Shown: one piece after another, positions 9,823-19,238 of the stretch | Position numbering within the stretch: the first letter of the stretch is position 1 | Layout of the letters: every line of letters begins with the position of its first letter | Assembly (NCBI GenBank): GCA_002505695.1 | Contig: DAVU01000020.1 | Location: 5,976 to 69,975 of the forward strand | Source: Euryarchaeota archaeon UBA487 | Lineage (GTDB): Archaea; Thermoplasmatota; Poseidoniia; Poseidoniales; Thalassarchaeaceae | DNA: 64,000 nucleotides | Reading direction: 5' to 3' | Program-made: the position numbers and the translations under genes | The notes under the pieces: generated by a model | Seen by the model: the letters and a program-made list of their open reading frames with translations, nothing else | Told to the model about the DNA's origin: nothing | Databases searched by the model: none

Positions 9823-11067
9823 ATGACCACAGAGGGTGAAACTCAATCCATGGATTTGGATAGTGCCAGTCTCAGTGACATCATCCTAGATCAAGAGAGG
9901 GAGGCAGACGTACCGATCGAGAACATTAGATCCAAAGTGTCATTGACGCGGGATGCTGCGCGTGCCATATCAATAACGGCTTTTGAAACCCTCAGAGAAG
10001 GAGCCAAATTCATGGGAGTCATGGGCCAAAGAGGTGATTTGAAGAGTCCATTTGGGCACATTGACGCCTCCATATGGAAGGAAGGGGATTTACCAGAGAG
10101 GATGATCGAAGCATCCTATGAATACTGCGAAGAGCTCACCAGGATAGAGGCAGCGAACTTCTATCACTCCTTCAAGTACCTCCCAAATGACGTCAGAAGG
10201 TCAATCTGCGCTTACTACGCATTTTGCAGGAGAGCAGATGACATCGCTGACGGGGATTATACTGACCTTTTCCCAGGGGGCTCCGAAGATAGTCACGAAT
10301 CAATTGACTACAGATCGGAGATTGAGAGGATAATGGGGGAGCCTGTCCTTGGCAGGGACACATACGACCAGAAAATGTCTCAACTCTTTTACTACCGAAA
10401 GAAGCTCTCAACGGCCTACACCAGCGTCACATCCACCGATCCTATTTTCATCGCATTGAAAGACACCGTTCAAAGATATAGAATTCCAAGATCACTTCTG
10501 GACGACATGATCAGCGGCATGGAAGACGATCTCCACAGAAACAGATTTGACACATTCGAAGACCTGTACGAGTACTGCTACAAAGTAGCATCAACAGTCG
10601 GATTGGTCTGCATAGAGATATACGGATATGACTCACCAGAAGCAAAGGACGAGGCTGAAGCCTGGGGCATATACATGCAACTTATCAACATCCTAAGAGA
10701 TGTGTTGGAGGACTCCAAACGCGGCAGGATATACCTGCCGCTTGATGACCTAATACGCTTCGGAATTACAGAGGAAGACGTGCTAGGGGGAGAGAACCTT
10801 GTCAAGCATCCCGGATGGGAGCCATTCTGCAACTACTACACTCAAAGGGCCAAGACATATGGGAGAGCTGCCAAGAGCCTGCTGGGTAGACTAGACAGGG
10901 AAATGAGGTACTCCCCTGCAGCCATGATGGCATTTTACGATTCGATTTTGAGGAAGATCGCAAAAAACCAAGGTGACGTTTTCACAGAGAGGATTCAACT
11001 ATCCAAGCCTGAAAAAATTGGTCTCGCAGCATGGGTTTACTTCCGCTATCGTTTCCTTCCAGTGTGA
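9823..11067 (+). CDS. phytoene/presqualene-diphosphate synthase family protein (CrtB/HpnD-like) with N-terminal extension
   Basis: ANFYHSFKYLPNDVRRSICAYYAFCRRADDIADG, YCYKVASTVG, QLINILRDVLEDSKRGRIYLP. The track ORF begins at TTG 9805; the first ATG is at 9823. Confidence 0.75.
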   Translation: MTTEGETQSMDLDSASLSDIILDQEREADVPIENIRSKVSLTRDAARAISITAFETLREGAKFMGVMGQRGDLKSPFGHIDASIWKEGDLPERMIEASYEYCEELTRIEAANFYHSFKYLPNDVRRSICAYYAFCRRADDIADGDYTDLFPGGSEDSHESIDYRSEIERIMGEPVLGRDTYDQKMSQLFYYRKKLSTAYTSVTSTDPIFIALKDTVQRYRIPRSLLDDMISGMEDDLHRNRFDTFEDLYEYCYKVASTVGLVCIEIYGYDSPEAKDEAEAWGIYMQLINILRDVLEDSKRGRIYLPLDDLIRFGITEEDVLGGENLVKHPGWEPFCNYYTQRAKTYGRAAKSLLGRLDREMRYSPAAMMAFYDSILRKIAKNQGDVFTERIQLSKPEKIGLAAWVYFRYRFLPV

Positions 11068-11127
11068 TTGAAGAGCACGAAGATCTCAAAGGGCCGTTGT
11101 TAGAGCGAACTATAGGAGACTGGTGTG

Positions 11128-12897
11128 ATGAGGGTCGCTGTCTTGCTCGAAGACCGATGCAAGCCAAACACACCGGCCTTTGATTACCTGATGAAATATG
11201 CAGGAAGCTGTGGCCGTGAATGCATTCAATTTGAAGGGAATAAGTGCAAGATTCTAGAATCCGCATGTCCAGTATGTCTTAACCGGGCCAAAAGGTGCCC
11301 CGGAGACGCAGTGAAAATAATTAATCTCCCAGAGGAGCTAGACACAGATTTGACACACAGTTACGGAGAGAACTCCTTCAGACTCTTTCGCCTTCCAGCA
11401 CCGAGAGAACAGCAAGTTGTAGGCATCCTTGGTCCCAACGGGATGGGGAAATCTACCGCAATCAACCTTCTTTCTGGCTCCACGAGGCCGAATCTAGGAG
11501 ACTGGCAAGATTTTGACAAAGAATGGACAGAGATAATTGCATCTTTTCCCAGAGGAGAGCTCAGAGACTACCTAGAATTGATATCGAAGTCTGAAGTAAA
11601 AATAGCGGTAAAGCCACAGTATGTAGACAAGCTTCCGAAGCTGTGGGACGGAGAGGTAAGGGGTTTATTGCAGAGGGTGGATGATCGCGGACGGTTGGAA
11701 GAATTCGCAGAGAAAACCTCAATCGACCATATCTTGGAAAGAAAATTATCCGGATTATCTGGTGGCGAGTTGCAGCGAGTTGCTATCTGTGCAACTATTC
11801 TCAAAGAGGCAGACGTATACTTTTTCGATGAGCCGTCATCCTACTTGGACATACATGAGCGAATGAGGGTTGTAAGCATAATCCAGAGCCTAGTAGAGAA
11901 TGGAAAGAGGATAATTGTAATCGAACACGACCTAGCAATATTGGACGTCCTCTGCGACTTGGTTCACATAGTGTATGGGCAACGGGCAGCATATGGAATA
12001 TTCACTCCCCCTAGAACAACTCGAACGGCGATAAATGCCTATCTCGACGGATATCTGAATGAAGAGAATGTCCGAATACGAGACAAGCCGATCTCATTCC
12101 TGAGAGGTAGAGTCCGGGGCGAAGAAGTCGGAGATACGATACTCCAATGGGGCGATATGAAAAAAGCGATGGGCTCCTTCTCTCTTGAGACCGGAAAGGG
12201 AGGAGTCAGGAGCGCGGAGGTGGTGGGTGTTGTAGGCCCCAACGCCACAGGAAAGACCACGATGGTGAGGATGATAGCGGGAGAGATCGAACCCGATGAG
12301 GGTTGGTGCACTATGGATGCCAAAGTCTCGTACAAACCTCAACACGTGAACACGGATTTTGACGGAACAGTCTCTCAGTGGCTAGATTCTGAGATCGGGA
12401 TGACTTGGAGGAGTGGCGAGTTCAACACCCAGGTAATACGTCCATTGCAGATTGACCAAATGGTTGAGCTACGGGCTCGAAGGCTCTCAGGAGGGGAATT
12501 GCAGGCAGTAAGCATTGCAATTTGCCTAGGGAGAGATGCAGACCTGTACTTGCTCGATGAGCCCAGCGCACATCTGGACGTCAATGCACGAATGGAAGCT
12601 GCAAAGGCGATTAGGAGAACCATGCTAGCCAAGGAGAAGGCTGCTATGGTAATCGATCATGACATCTATTTCATCGATATTGTCAGTGACTCCCTACTTG
12701 TTTTTGAGGGTCAAGGAGGCATACAAGGCAAAGCCCATGGGCCACTCGGCCTCAGGCCTGGAATGAATCGTTTCCTCGAGGGGGTGGATGTGACCTTCCG
12801 CAGGGATCACGAGTCTCACCGCCCAAGAATAAACAAACCCGGTAGCAGAAAGGACAGGGAGCAAAAACGAGATGGGGAGTTTTTCTATGTCGACTAG
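11128..12897 (+). CDS. abcE1: ABCE1 / RNase L inhibitor-type ribosome recycling ATPase
   Basis: N-terminal Cys-rich domain ending KIINLP. Two ABC domains (GPNGMGKST / LSGGELQR / FFDEPSSYLD and GPNATGKTT / LSGGELQAV / LLDEPSAHLD). Confidence 0.9.
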   Translation: MRVAVLLEDRCKPNTPAFDYLMKYAGSCGRECIQFEGNKCKILESACPVCLNRAKRCPGDAVKIINLPEELDTDLTHSYGENSFRLFRLPAPREQQVVGILGPNGMGKSTAINLLSGSTRPNLGDWQDFDKEWTEIIASFPRGELRDYLELISKSEVKIAVKPQYVDKLPKLWDGEVRGLLQRVDDRGRLEEFAEKTSIDHILERKLSGLSGGELQRVAICATILKEADVYFFDEPSSYLDIHERMRVVSIIQSLVENGKRIIVIEHDLAILDVLCDLVHIVYGQRAAYGIFTPPRTTRTAINAYLDGYLNEENVRIRDKPISFLRGRVRGEEVGDTILQWGDMKKAMGSFSLETGKGGVRSAEVVGVVGPNATGKTTMVRMIAGEIEPDEGWCTMDAKVSYKPQHVNTDFDGTVSQWLDSEIGMTWRSGEFNTQVIRPLQIDQMVELRARRLSGGELQAVSIAICLGRDADLYLLDEPSAHLDVNARMEAAKAIRRTMLAKEKAAMVIDHDIYFIDIVSDSLLVFEGQGGIQGKAHGPLGLRPGMNRFLEGVDVTFRRDHESHRPRINKPGSRKDREQKRDGEFFYVD

Positions 12898-12929
12898 AGG
12901 CTATCACATAGACCGGAGGGGTCAATGGC

Positions 12930-13412
12930 ATGTCTGACGAAATTGAAGAAGTAGAAACCGAGGGCCCAGTGGACCAGGAGACCGATCAAGATTCACTTGA
13001 ATCTCTGAAAAAGGACCTGCAATATGCTCTTGCGGAGGTCGCCAACATCAGGGCCAGAGCCGCAAAGGAGAGGTCCGAGATGATGAGATATGGTTCGAAA
13101 AATCTCGGATTGAGGATGATCGAGGTTTTAATGAGTCTTGAGATGGCTATCAGTACAATGGATGAGTCCTCAGAGTCTGTCATTAACGGTGTCCGACTGA
13201 CTGTCGAGAGTATGCGTCAGGGGCTTTCATCAGTGGGAATCACACCAATAGACTTGGATGGAAAGTCATTCGATCCCAGTTGCATGGAGGCAATAGCGAT
13301 TGTTCCACCTCCAGATGGAGAACCCTCCGGGACTATCCTAAATGTCGTCGAGAAAGGGTACATGATCCACGATAGGGTGCTCAGGCCTGCCAAGGTCATA
13401 GTCTCAGAGTGA
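12930..13412 (+). CDS. grpE: GrpE nucleotide exchange factor
   Basis: Acidic N-terminus, coiled-coil LAEVANIRARAAKE, and C-terminal beta domain ILNVVEKGYMIHDRVLRPAKVIVS. Confidence 0.8.
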   Translation: MSDEIEEVETEGPVDQETDQDSLESLKKDLQYALAEVANIRARAAKERSEMMRYGSKNLGLRMIEVLMSLEMAISTMDESSESVINGVRLTVESMRQGLSSVGITPIDLDGKSFDPSCMEAIAIVPPPDGEPSGTILNVVEKGYMIHDRVLRPAKVIVSE

Positions 13413-13416
13413 TTCC

Positions 13417-13911
13417 ATGGAACTCTCACTGCGATCAACTAGGAGTGTTATTTTCGCTTTTTTTTCTATTTGGATAATTGGAGTCGCCCTAATCAAGATG
13501 GCTTCCCCTACGCCTGATTTCACGACCACATTCCCTGATGAATGCCCATATGACTCCCAGAACTGCTCTGGATTTGGAATTTGGAATCATAGGACAGAAC
13601 AAACTGGGCCCTTGGTCTACTCAGGAAGTATTGAGGAGGCCATGGACTCTGTCAAAGAATGGGCAACTGATCTAGACCGTGCCTCGATCATCCACTCTAA
13701 CCTTACGAGCATACACATCGTAGATGTTACCCTTTTCCTAAGGTTCGAAGATGATGTTTTCATCCACATAGAATGCATGGAGGAGAATACTCTGATCCAT
13801 GCCCGCAGCTCCTCAAGAGTCGGGGTTAGTGATCTCGGTGTAAATCCGGACAGATTGGATTCCCTGATATCACACTTGGAACCCGGTGGGTCCAGTTCGC
13901 CTGGGTGTTAA
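13417..13911 (+). CDS. DUF1499-family protein with N-terminal TM anchor
   Basis: FEDDVFIHI...ARSSSRVGVSDLGVNPDRL resembles the DUF1499 signature (RSxSRxGxSDxGxNRxR). Confidence 0.5.
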   Translation: MELSLRSTRSVIFAFFSIWIIGVALIKMASPTPDFTTTFPDECPYDSQNCSGFGIWNHRTEQTGPLVYSGSIEEAMDSVKEWATDLDRASIIHSNLTSIHIVDVTLFLRFEDDVFIHIECMEENTLIHARSSSRVGVSDLGVNPDRLDSLISHLEPGGSSSPGC

Positions 13912-13963
13912 CGTCCAAAATACTGGACACCCATATAAATAGGCCAAGGAGGTGGCAGGGAGG

Positions 13964-16000
13964 ATGACAATCAAGACGACTGCAATTCCACTTGTGATAC
14001 TCTTACTGATAGTTCCAATCTCCGGATGTGTTGGCCAAGACGACCAATCTTCGGAACAAGAAGAGCCGGATGTAGGCGACACCCCCACAACAATCGATGA
14101 CATCGAGGATTCGATGCCTACCACACTTGACGTTCCGAACGAACCGGGTTGCGATAATCTAAATCCGCATCACTGCATGCTACCATTTCCCTCAGACGCC
14201 TTCTTGGTTGAGGATGCATCTACTGATACCGGATTTAGAGTCAACATCCCAAGCGGGATCATTCCTGCCTCGGGATCCACGGATCCTGTGGAAATCCCGA
14301 GGATAAACCAACTCGATGGGATGAGTACTGCTACTCAGATAATGACAACCTTCGACACAGTCCCCGACCTGGCGAGCGTTGCCTACCAGTACAACATAGA
14401 GAGGTCATTGGAACTTGACCATCCGACGATTATCTGGAATGTTGATGACAACCATGCCGTAGCACACTGGGCTGAGTTAGATGCGAGGGCCCAACCAGGG
14501 GAGCAAACGATACTACACCTTAGAACCGCAGCAGCGCTGGAGCACGACACGCGCTACATCGTCGTGGTCCGTGGTCTATCCGACACAATGGGTAATGAAA
14601 TTCAGCCAAGTCAGGCACTACGAGCGTTGTTGGATGGGGAAATTACCGATGCTGAAGATGTCGAGTCAAGGAGATCAGCATACAACCAATACATTTCTGT
14701 CGCAGAGGACCACATGGGAGTCAACAAGAACGAGATACAGGCTCTATGGTCATTCCACACAGCGTCATTGGAGTCTGTGCTCGGCCCCGTACTCTCCATG
14801 AGGGATGATGCCCTTTCAAGAATCGGGGATGGATTGGGATGCACGGTCAACCCTGACGGAGTTGAGGACAACTACAACGGAGATGGAATGACCTACAGGC
14901 GGGTGAGAGGGACATTCACCGCCCCCCAATACCTACTAGAGGAAAGGGCACCGACTCTTCTATCCAGAGATGATTCCCACAATCCCGTCTTCGTTGAAAA
15001 CCGAGAGGTGCCATTCACCCTCATAATCCCGATGTCAGTATACAATTCGTCTGAGCCGAGTCCCCTTACCGTATTCGGTCATGGTTTCCTAGGAACTGGT
15101 GAGGGGCACGTCAGCAGTGGATTAAGAGCATGGGGCGAGATCTACGAGACTGCACTATTGGCATCCGATTTCTATGGATGGAGTTCCGACGACAGGGATG
15201 GCATTTCTATGGGGATAATGAACGGGTACTATTTCACCCACCAATCTGACAGGCTCCAGCAGGCAATGGTAAACCACGTTGTAATGATCAGGACTTTCAA
15301 GGGAATCTGCTCTGACCTCCCTGAGATGATGGGCGATGGTGGGCGTTTGTTGGTAAACACATCAGAGGTGTACTACACAGGGTACTCACTGGGTGGTAAC
15401 AGAGGGCCATCCCTGCTTGGATTGTCACCAGATGTCAACAGAGGAGCGCTTTGGGTCGGGGGGGCGGCTTTCTCCCACCAGATAGAGAGATGCACCCAGT
15501 ATGATCAATTTGATGACTTGATGGAGAGTGTGATCGGTTATCCATCTCAATTAGACAGGGCAGTTGTCATATCCCTGATTCAATCCCTTTGGGATGCCAC
15601 GGATACCAACACATGGACAACACTCTCAGAAGGCTGGGACGATAGAGTGCAACCGTTCGAGATGATCTACATTGGATCGATTGGGGACCTGCAGATATCA
15701 AACATTTCAACCAGCCGTGCATTAAGAAATGCCGATGCGTCCATATTATCCAGTTCATCTATCCACCCCTATGGCCTACCCATCACACAAGGTGGCGAAG
15801 GGACAACTGGAAACGTGGGCGTCTACTTCGACGGGGGATTCAGCCACGCTCCCGAGCAAAATCTCCTGGGCCAAGAGCCCCATCCAGCCCACAATTGGGT
15901 CGCAGGGGTTGATGCTGCACATCAGATGGCTTTCGAGTACCTCTTCAATGGCTATGTTGTAGACAGGTGCGACGGATCCTGCATCTATGATGCTGCTTAG
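13964..16000 (+). CDS. secreted lipobox protein, alpha/beta-hydrolase-like
   Basis: Signal peptide plus lipobox-like IPLVILLLIVPISGC. GxSxG nucleophile-elbow candidate YYTGYSLGGNRG. The track ORF starts at GTG 13952. Confidence 0.5.
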   Translation: MTIKTTAIPLVILLLIVPISGCVGQDDQSSEQEEPDVGDTPTTIDDIEDSMPTTLDVPNEPGCDNLNPHHCMLPFPSDAFLVEDASTDTGFRVNIPSGIIPASGSTDPVEIPRINQLDGMSTATQIMTTFDTVPDLASVAYQYNIERSLELDHPTIIWNVDDNHAVAHWAELDARAQPGEQTILHLRTAAALEHDTRYIVVVRGLSDTMGNEIQPSQALRALLDGEITDAEDVESRRSAYNQYISVAEDHMGVNKNEIQALWSFHTASLESVLGPVLSMRDDALSRIGDGLGCTVNPDGVEDNYNGDGMTYRRVRGTFTAPQYLLEERAPTLLSRDDSHNPVFVENREVPFTLIIPMSVYNSSEPSPLTVFGHGFLGTGEGHVSSGLRAWGEIYETALLASDFYGWSSDDRDGISMGIMNGYYFTHQSDRLQQAMVNHVVMIRTFKGICSDLPEMMGDGGRLLVNTSEVYYTGYSLGGNRGPSLLGLSPDVNRGALWVGGAAFSHQIERCTQYDQFDDLMESVIGYPSQLDRAVVISLIQSLWDATDTNTWTTLSEGWDDRVQPFEMIYIGSIGDLQISNISTSRALRNADASILSSSSIHPYGLPITQGGEGTTGNVGVYFDGGFSHAPEQNLLGQEPHPAHNWVAGVDAAHQMAFEYLFNGYVVDRCDGSCIYDAA

Positions 16001-16581
16001 CCGACTGGTTCACCGCCCTCGCCCATGAAGGCTAGCCTGCGAATCGCATCCATCTGGAGCATTTTCTCGATGACAGGCCCTTGGATGGTTTTTGTCAGGA
16101 CTTCGTATAGCGCCTGTTCATCAGAGATGGTCGACATCATCCGCATGGTCTCTCTGACTCTCCAACCAACTAACTCGCCTCTGTTGTGATAGTCCATTAG
16201 TACCACTTCCCAGCCAGAATTGGTGTAAAGTTCAGCTGTACGACCATCAGTTGTAATCAGGACCCCCGGGGCCCCATGAAAGTCCTCAGCATGTTGAACC
16301 CAGTTTGGCGGGTCGTCGATATCTGGAACAGGAACTATCTCGCCAACTAGGCCAATGTCGTCCAGTGACGCCTCAAGCATCTCCTTCCTTTCCTCAAAAT
16401 CCCAAGGATTTCTTAGGTTCTGAGGCTTGTTAGTCGATCCAACGGCAATTCTTAATTCAAGTTCGGGCCTATTTTCAAGCCTCCAATTGTTTGCATCGAT
16501 CAACAGTTGGGCGTGTCCTCGGTGAACAGGTTGAAACCGCCCTAGAACAATACAGGCAGAAGAAATGATTGGTTGTCCCAT
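15997..16581 (-). CDS. nadM: nicotinamide-nucleotide adenylyltransferase, archaeal type
   Basis: GRFQPVHRGHAQLL (H/TxGH motif) and overall similarity to the MJ0541-type NMNAT layout. Confidence 0.8.
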   Translation of the reverse strand: MGQPIISSACIVLGRFQPVHRGHAQLLIDANNWRLENRPELELRIAVGSTNKPQNLRNPWDFEERKEMLEASLDDIGLVGEIVPVPDIDDPPNWVQHAEDFHGAPGVLITTDGRTAELYTNSGWEVVLMDYHNRGELVGWRVRETMRMMSTISDEQALYEVLTKTIQGPVIEKMLQMDAIRRLAFMGEGGEPVG

Positions 16582-17252
16582 CAGACCCCCCCACTGATTT
16601 CAGAGATTTGGACTCCATTCAAAGTCCAACCGGAGATTGGAGTCTGCTCAATGCCGAGCATGATACTTGGGCTGTTCTCCCTTATGGCCTTGGAGATATC
16701 ATAGAGATCGGATGAATTACTCCTATGTGCCGACATGGTCGAGACCAGGTACGGATCCTTTTCGCTCTCTGAGGGGGCCCCGATTTCATCCCTCCTTGAA
16801 ATCCAATCTCTTGTGACCGAGTCTATGTACTCGCCTCTACTGTAGGCCGATAATGAGGAGGCGAAATCTTTCCACAGATCAGGAACTAGTATGTCGCTCA
16901 GGTCGATAGATCTAGAGACGTAGGGCTCCAAGTACAGATATGCCCTCGCATCCCAGCAACTCCACTCTGCAGTTGAGGCCCACATGCAGAGAGAATACAC
17001 GGTCTGGGACCTTGCTTCCACGGGTTTGATATCGAATATTGATTGCATGCTGCTTTGTGAAGACGCATCCCAAGCGTCCATAAGATCCCCTTCAACATCC
17101 ACGGAAAAGGGTCGATGCAGAGATTCTGTCGGATCCGGCCTGAGGTGTCTGAGTTCTTGTTTCTCCATCCCAATGAACAAGTCCATTGGCTTCATGGACA
17201 ACAGGCTCTCGAGTGAATCAGGGTCCACCAGCCTCATGACAACCCTCGCCAT
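16581..17252 (-). CDS. hypothetical soluble acidic protein
   Basis: 223-aa ORF. Its stop overlaps the nadM start by 1 nt. No motif recognised. Confidence 0.45.
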   Translation of the reverse strand: MARVVMRLVDPDSLESLLSMKPMDLFIGMEKQELRHLRPDPTESLHRPFSVDVEGDLMDAWDASSQSSMQSIFDIKPVEARSQTVYSLCMWASTAEWSCWDARAYLYLEPYVSRSIDLSDILVPDLWKDFASSLSAYSRGEYIDSVTRDWISRRDEIGAPSESEKDPYLVSTMSAHRSNSSDLYDISKAIRENSPSIMLGIEQTPISGWTLNGVQISEISGGV

Positions 17253-17343
17253 GGGGATGGGGTGTTGTATGACCGTTTGGTTCTATGGTGGTAATTGCAT
17301 GGGCTGGCTTGAAGAACCACTGCCCTAACCCCCCAATGTAGCC

Positions 17344-18453
17344 ATGGCAACCATCGAGGAGCAAATCAAATCCCTCGAAGAGGAGATCTCCAAGACAAAA
17401 TACAACAAAGCGACCCAAGGACACATAGGGAAACTCAAGGCGAAGATTGCAGCGCTCAAAGAAAAAAAGGAGAAGGCACAGGCCAAATCAGGAGGTAGTG
17501 CCCCCGGATTTGAAGTGAAGAAATCCGGCGATGCCAGCGTCGCGCTCGTCGGATTCCCATCCGTTGGTAAGTCTAGCCTCATCTCACAGCTCACAGGTGC
17601 AGAATCTGAGGCTGGTGCCTTTGCCTTCACCACACTGACCTGCATCCCCGGTTTGATGGAGCACAAGGGGGCAAAGATACAGATCCTCGACCTCCCTGGC
17701 CTCATAAAAGGTGCGAGCGAAGGCAAGGGAAGAGGGCGTGAAATTCTGAACGTCATCAGGGGATCGGACATGGTGCTTTACGTCCTAGACCCATTCCAAG
17801 AATCTCATTTCAACGTACTCGATCAAGAGTTGTGGAGATCTGGAATGAGGTTGAATCAGCCTAAACCTCAGGTCTTCATCAGAAGAACTGATCGAGGAGG
17901 AATAGTAGTGAGATCGACCCTTGATCAATCGAATCTTGAAGAGGCTGATGTGCAGGATATCATACGGTCATTTGGAATTGTATCAGCAAACGTCGTCCTC
18001 AGGTCAGATGCGACGGATGACCACATCGTGGATACACTTGCTGGGAACAGGGTTTACACTCGATCGGTGGTAGTAATCAACAAGGTCGATCTGGCAAATG
18101 AAGAAGATCTGAAGAGAGCGGAGGCAATGGTTCCGGAGGGTTGGCCGATATTGCGTGTTTCAGCAAAAACAGGAGAGGGGATCGAGTCAATGAAGGACTT
18201 CATCTACGACAATCTCGGATTCATGTCGATCTACCTCAAACCACAAGGCCAGGAAGCAGACTTAGAGGAGCCCCTGATTGTGAAAGACGATTCTAGGGTA
18301 AGAGAGATTTGCGTCAAGTTGCATCGGGATTTTGTCCGGAAGTTCAGATATGCCAGAGTGAAAGGGCCCAGCGCAAAATTTGATTGGCAGCGAGTGGGTC
18401 TGGATCATACACTAATGGATGGTGACCTACTCACAATCGTCACTCGGAGATGA
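17344..18453 (+). CDS. DRG/Rbg-type OBG-family GTPase with TGS domain
   Basis: N-terminus MATIEEQIKSLEEEISKTKYNKATQGHIGKLKAKIA, G1 GFPSVGKSS, DLPGLI, NKVD, C-terminal TGS-like LMDGDLLTIV. Confidence 0.9.
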   Translation: MATIEEQIKSLEEEISKTKYNKATQGHIGKLKAKIAALKEKKEKAQAKSGGSAPGFEVKKSGDASVALVGFPSVGKSSLISQLTGAESEAGAFAFTTLTCIPGLMEHKGAKIQILDLPGLIKGASEGKGRGREILNVIRGSDMVLYVLDPFQESHFNVLDQELWRSGMRLNQPKPQVFIRRTDRGGIVVRSTLDQSNLEEADVQDIIRSFGIVSANVVLRSDATDDHIVDTLAGNRVYTRSVVVINKVDLANEEDLKRAEAMVPEGWPILRVSAKTGEGIESMKDFIYDNLGFMSIYLKPQGQEADLEEPLIVKDDSRVREICVKLHRDFVRKFRYARVKGPSAKFDWQRVGLDHTLMDGDLLTIVTRR

Positions 18454-19238
18454 CTGTCATGGAGGGAGGAGCATTCGAGCACAGTGGGTTCATATCCAGA
18501 GCGGGGCTGAGGGGTCTTATCGGACACGTGAAATCTCGTGTACGTGCCCTTTCTGTGATTTTCCTTCTCGGGTTCGTGATTTCATATCCCCTGACCGAGC
18601 GGATGTTGCTCTGGGCATCGGGAAATCCGGATTGGAGACCTGAAGGAGTCGACATAATAATTGTTCAACCCATGGAGTTGATTTTGTTAAAATTGAAGAT
18701 ATCAGTTAATCTCGCACTCGGCGTCACCATACTTGCCCTTGTTGGGGACCTATCATTGAATGGGGGGGAGGTGATGTCTAGAGCTAGAAGATCGAAGATT
18801 CAGAGAAAGGACCCGTTGAAGCTTGTCATTGTCACTTTTTCATCGATCTGTTTGGGGTTGTTGGGAGTGGCCTATGCCCATAACATCCTGATTCCATTCC
18901 TATTGGAGTATCTGGTGGATGATTCTTCATCGGCGGGTTTGGAGGCGACTTGGCAGATTGGATCGTGGCTTGGTTTCATCCTTGGCTTATTGACTGCCTC
19001 GGCTGTTGGTTTCCAAGTTCCCCTCCTTGCATTCGTGATGATTAGATCGGGAATCTTCTCTCCTGACTTGATAGTGAGGAATAGGTCTTTACTGTGGTTT
19101 TTCGCTCTTGCAGCAGGGGCGTTCTTATCTCCCCCAGACCCTTTGTCCATGTTCTTGGTCGGAGGCCCAGTTGTGGTCCTTATGGAGCTAGCAATAATTC
19201 TGGAGCGACTCACGAGATATCGTGATGCAGACGGCTAG
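18450..19238 (+). CDS. tatC: Sec-independent protein translocase TatC
   Basis: Six TM segments and the conserved FLSPPDPLSM motif. ATGA overlap with the DRG gene. Confidence 0.85.
   Translation: MTVMEGGAFEHSGFISRAGLRGLIGHVKSRVRALSVIFLLGFVISYPLTERMLLWASGNPDWRPEGVDIIIVQPMELILLKLKISVNLALGVTILALVGDLSLNGGEVMSRARRSKIQRKDPLKLVIVTFSSICLGLLGVAYAHNILIPFLLEYLVDDSSSAGLEATWQIGSWLGFILGLLTASAVGFQVPLLAFVMIRSGIFSPDLIVRNRSLLWFFALAAGAFLSPPDPLSMFLVGGPVVVLMELAIILERLTRYRDADG

Noticed and set aside
12930-13412. grpE without adjacent dnaK/dnaJ as a sign of operon disruption or horizontal transfer
   Set aside because: The gene looks intact, and dnaK/dnaJ may simply be elsewhere in the genome. There is nothing anomalous in the local sequence.
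15997-17252. NMNAT plus overlapping upstream hypothetical as a possible NAD-related defence or counter-defence pair
   Set aside because: The NMNAT is the standard archaeal housekeeping type. The partner has no recognisable domain, and no other defence-associated genes are nearby.
17325-17771. 148-aa minus-strand ORF antisense to the DRG GTPase. Similar long antisense or alternate-frame ORFs occur at 4796-5182, 31451-31909, 45186-45701 and 59434-59946.
   Set aside because: Each lies fully inside a strongly supported conserved gene on the other strand or frame. They have low-complexity Ser/Pro/Arg-rich composition and no motifs, so they are typical shadow ORFs.
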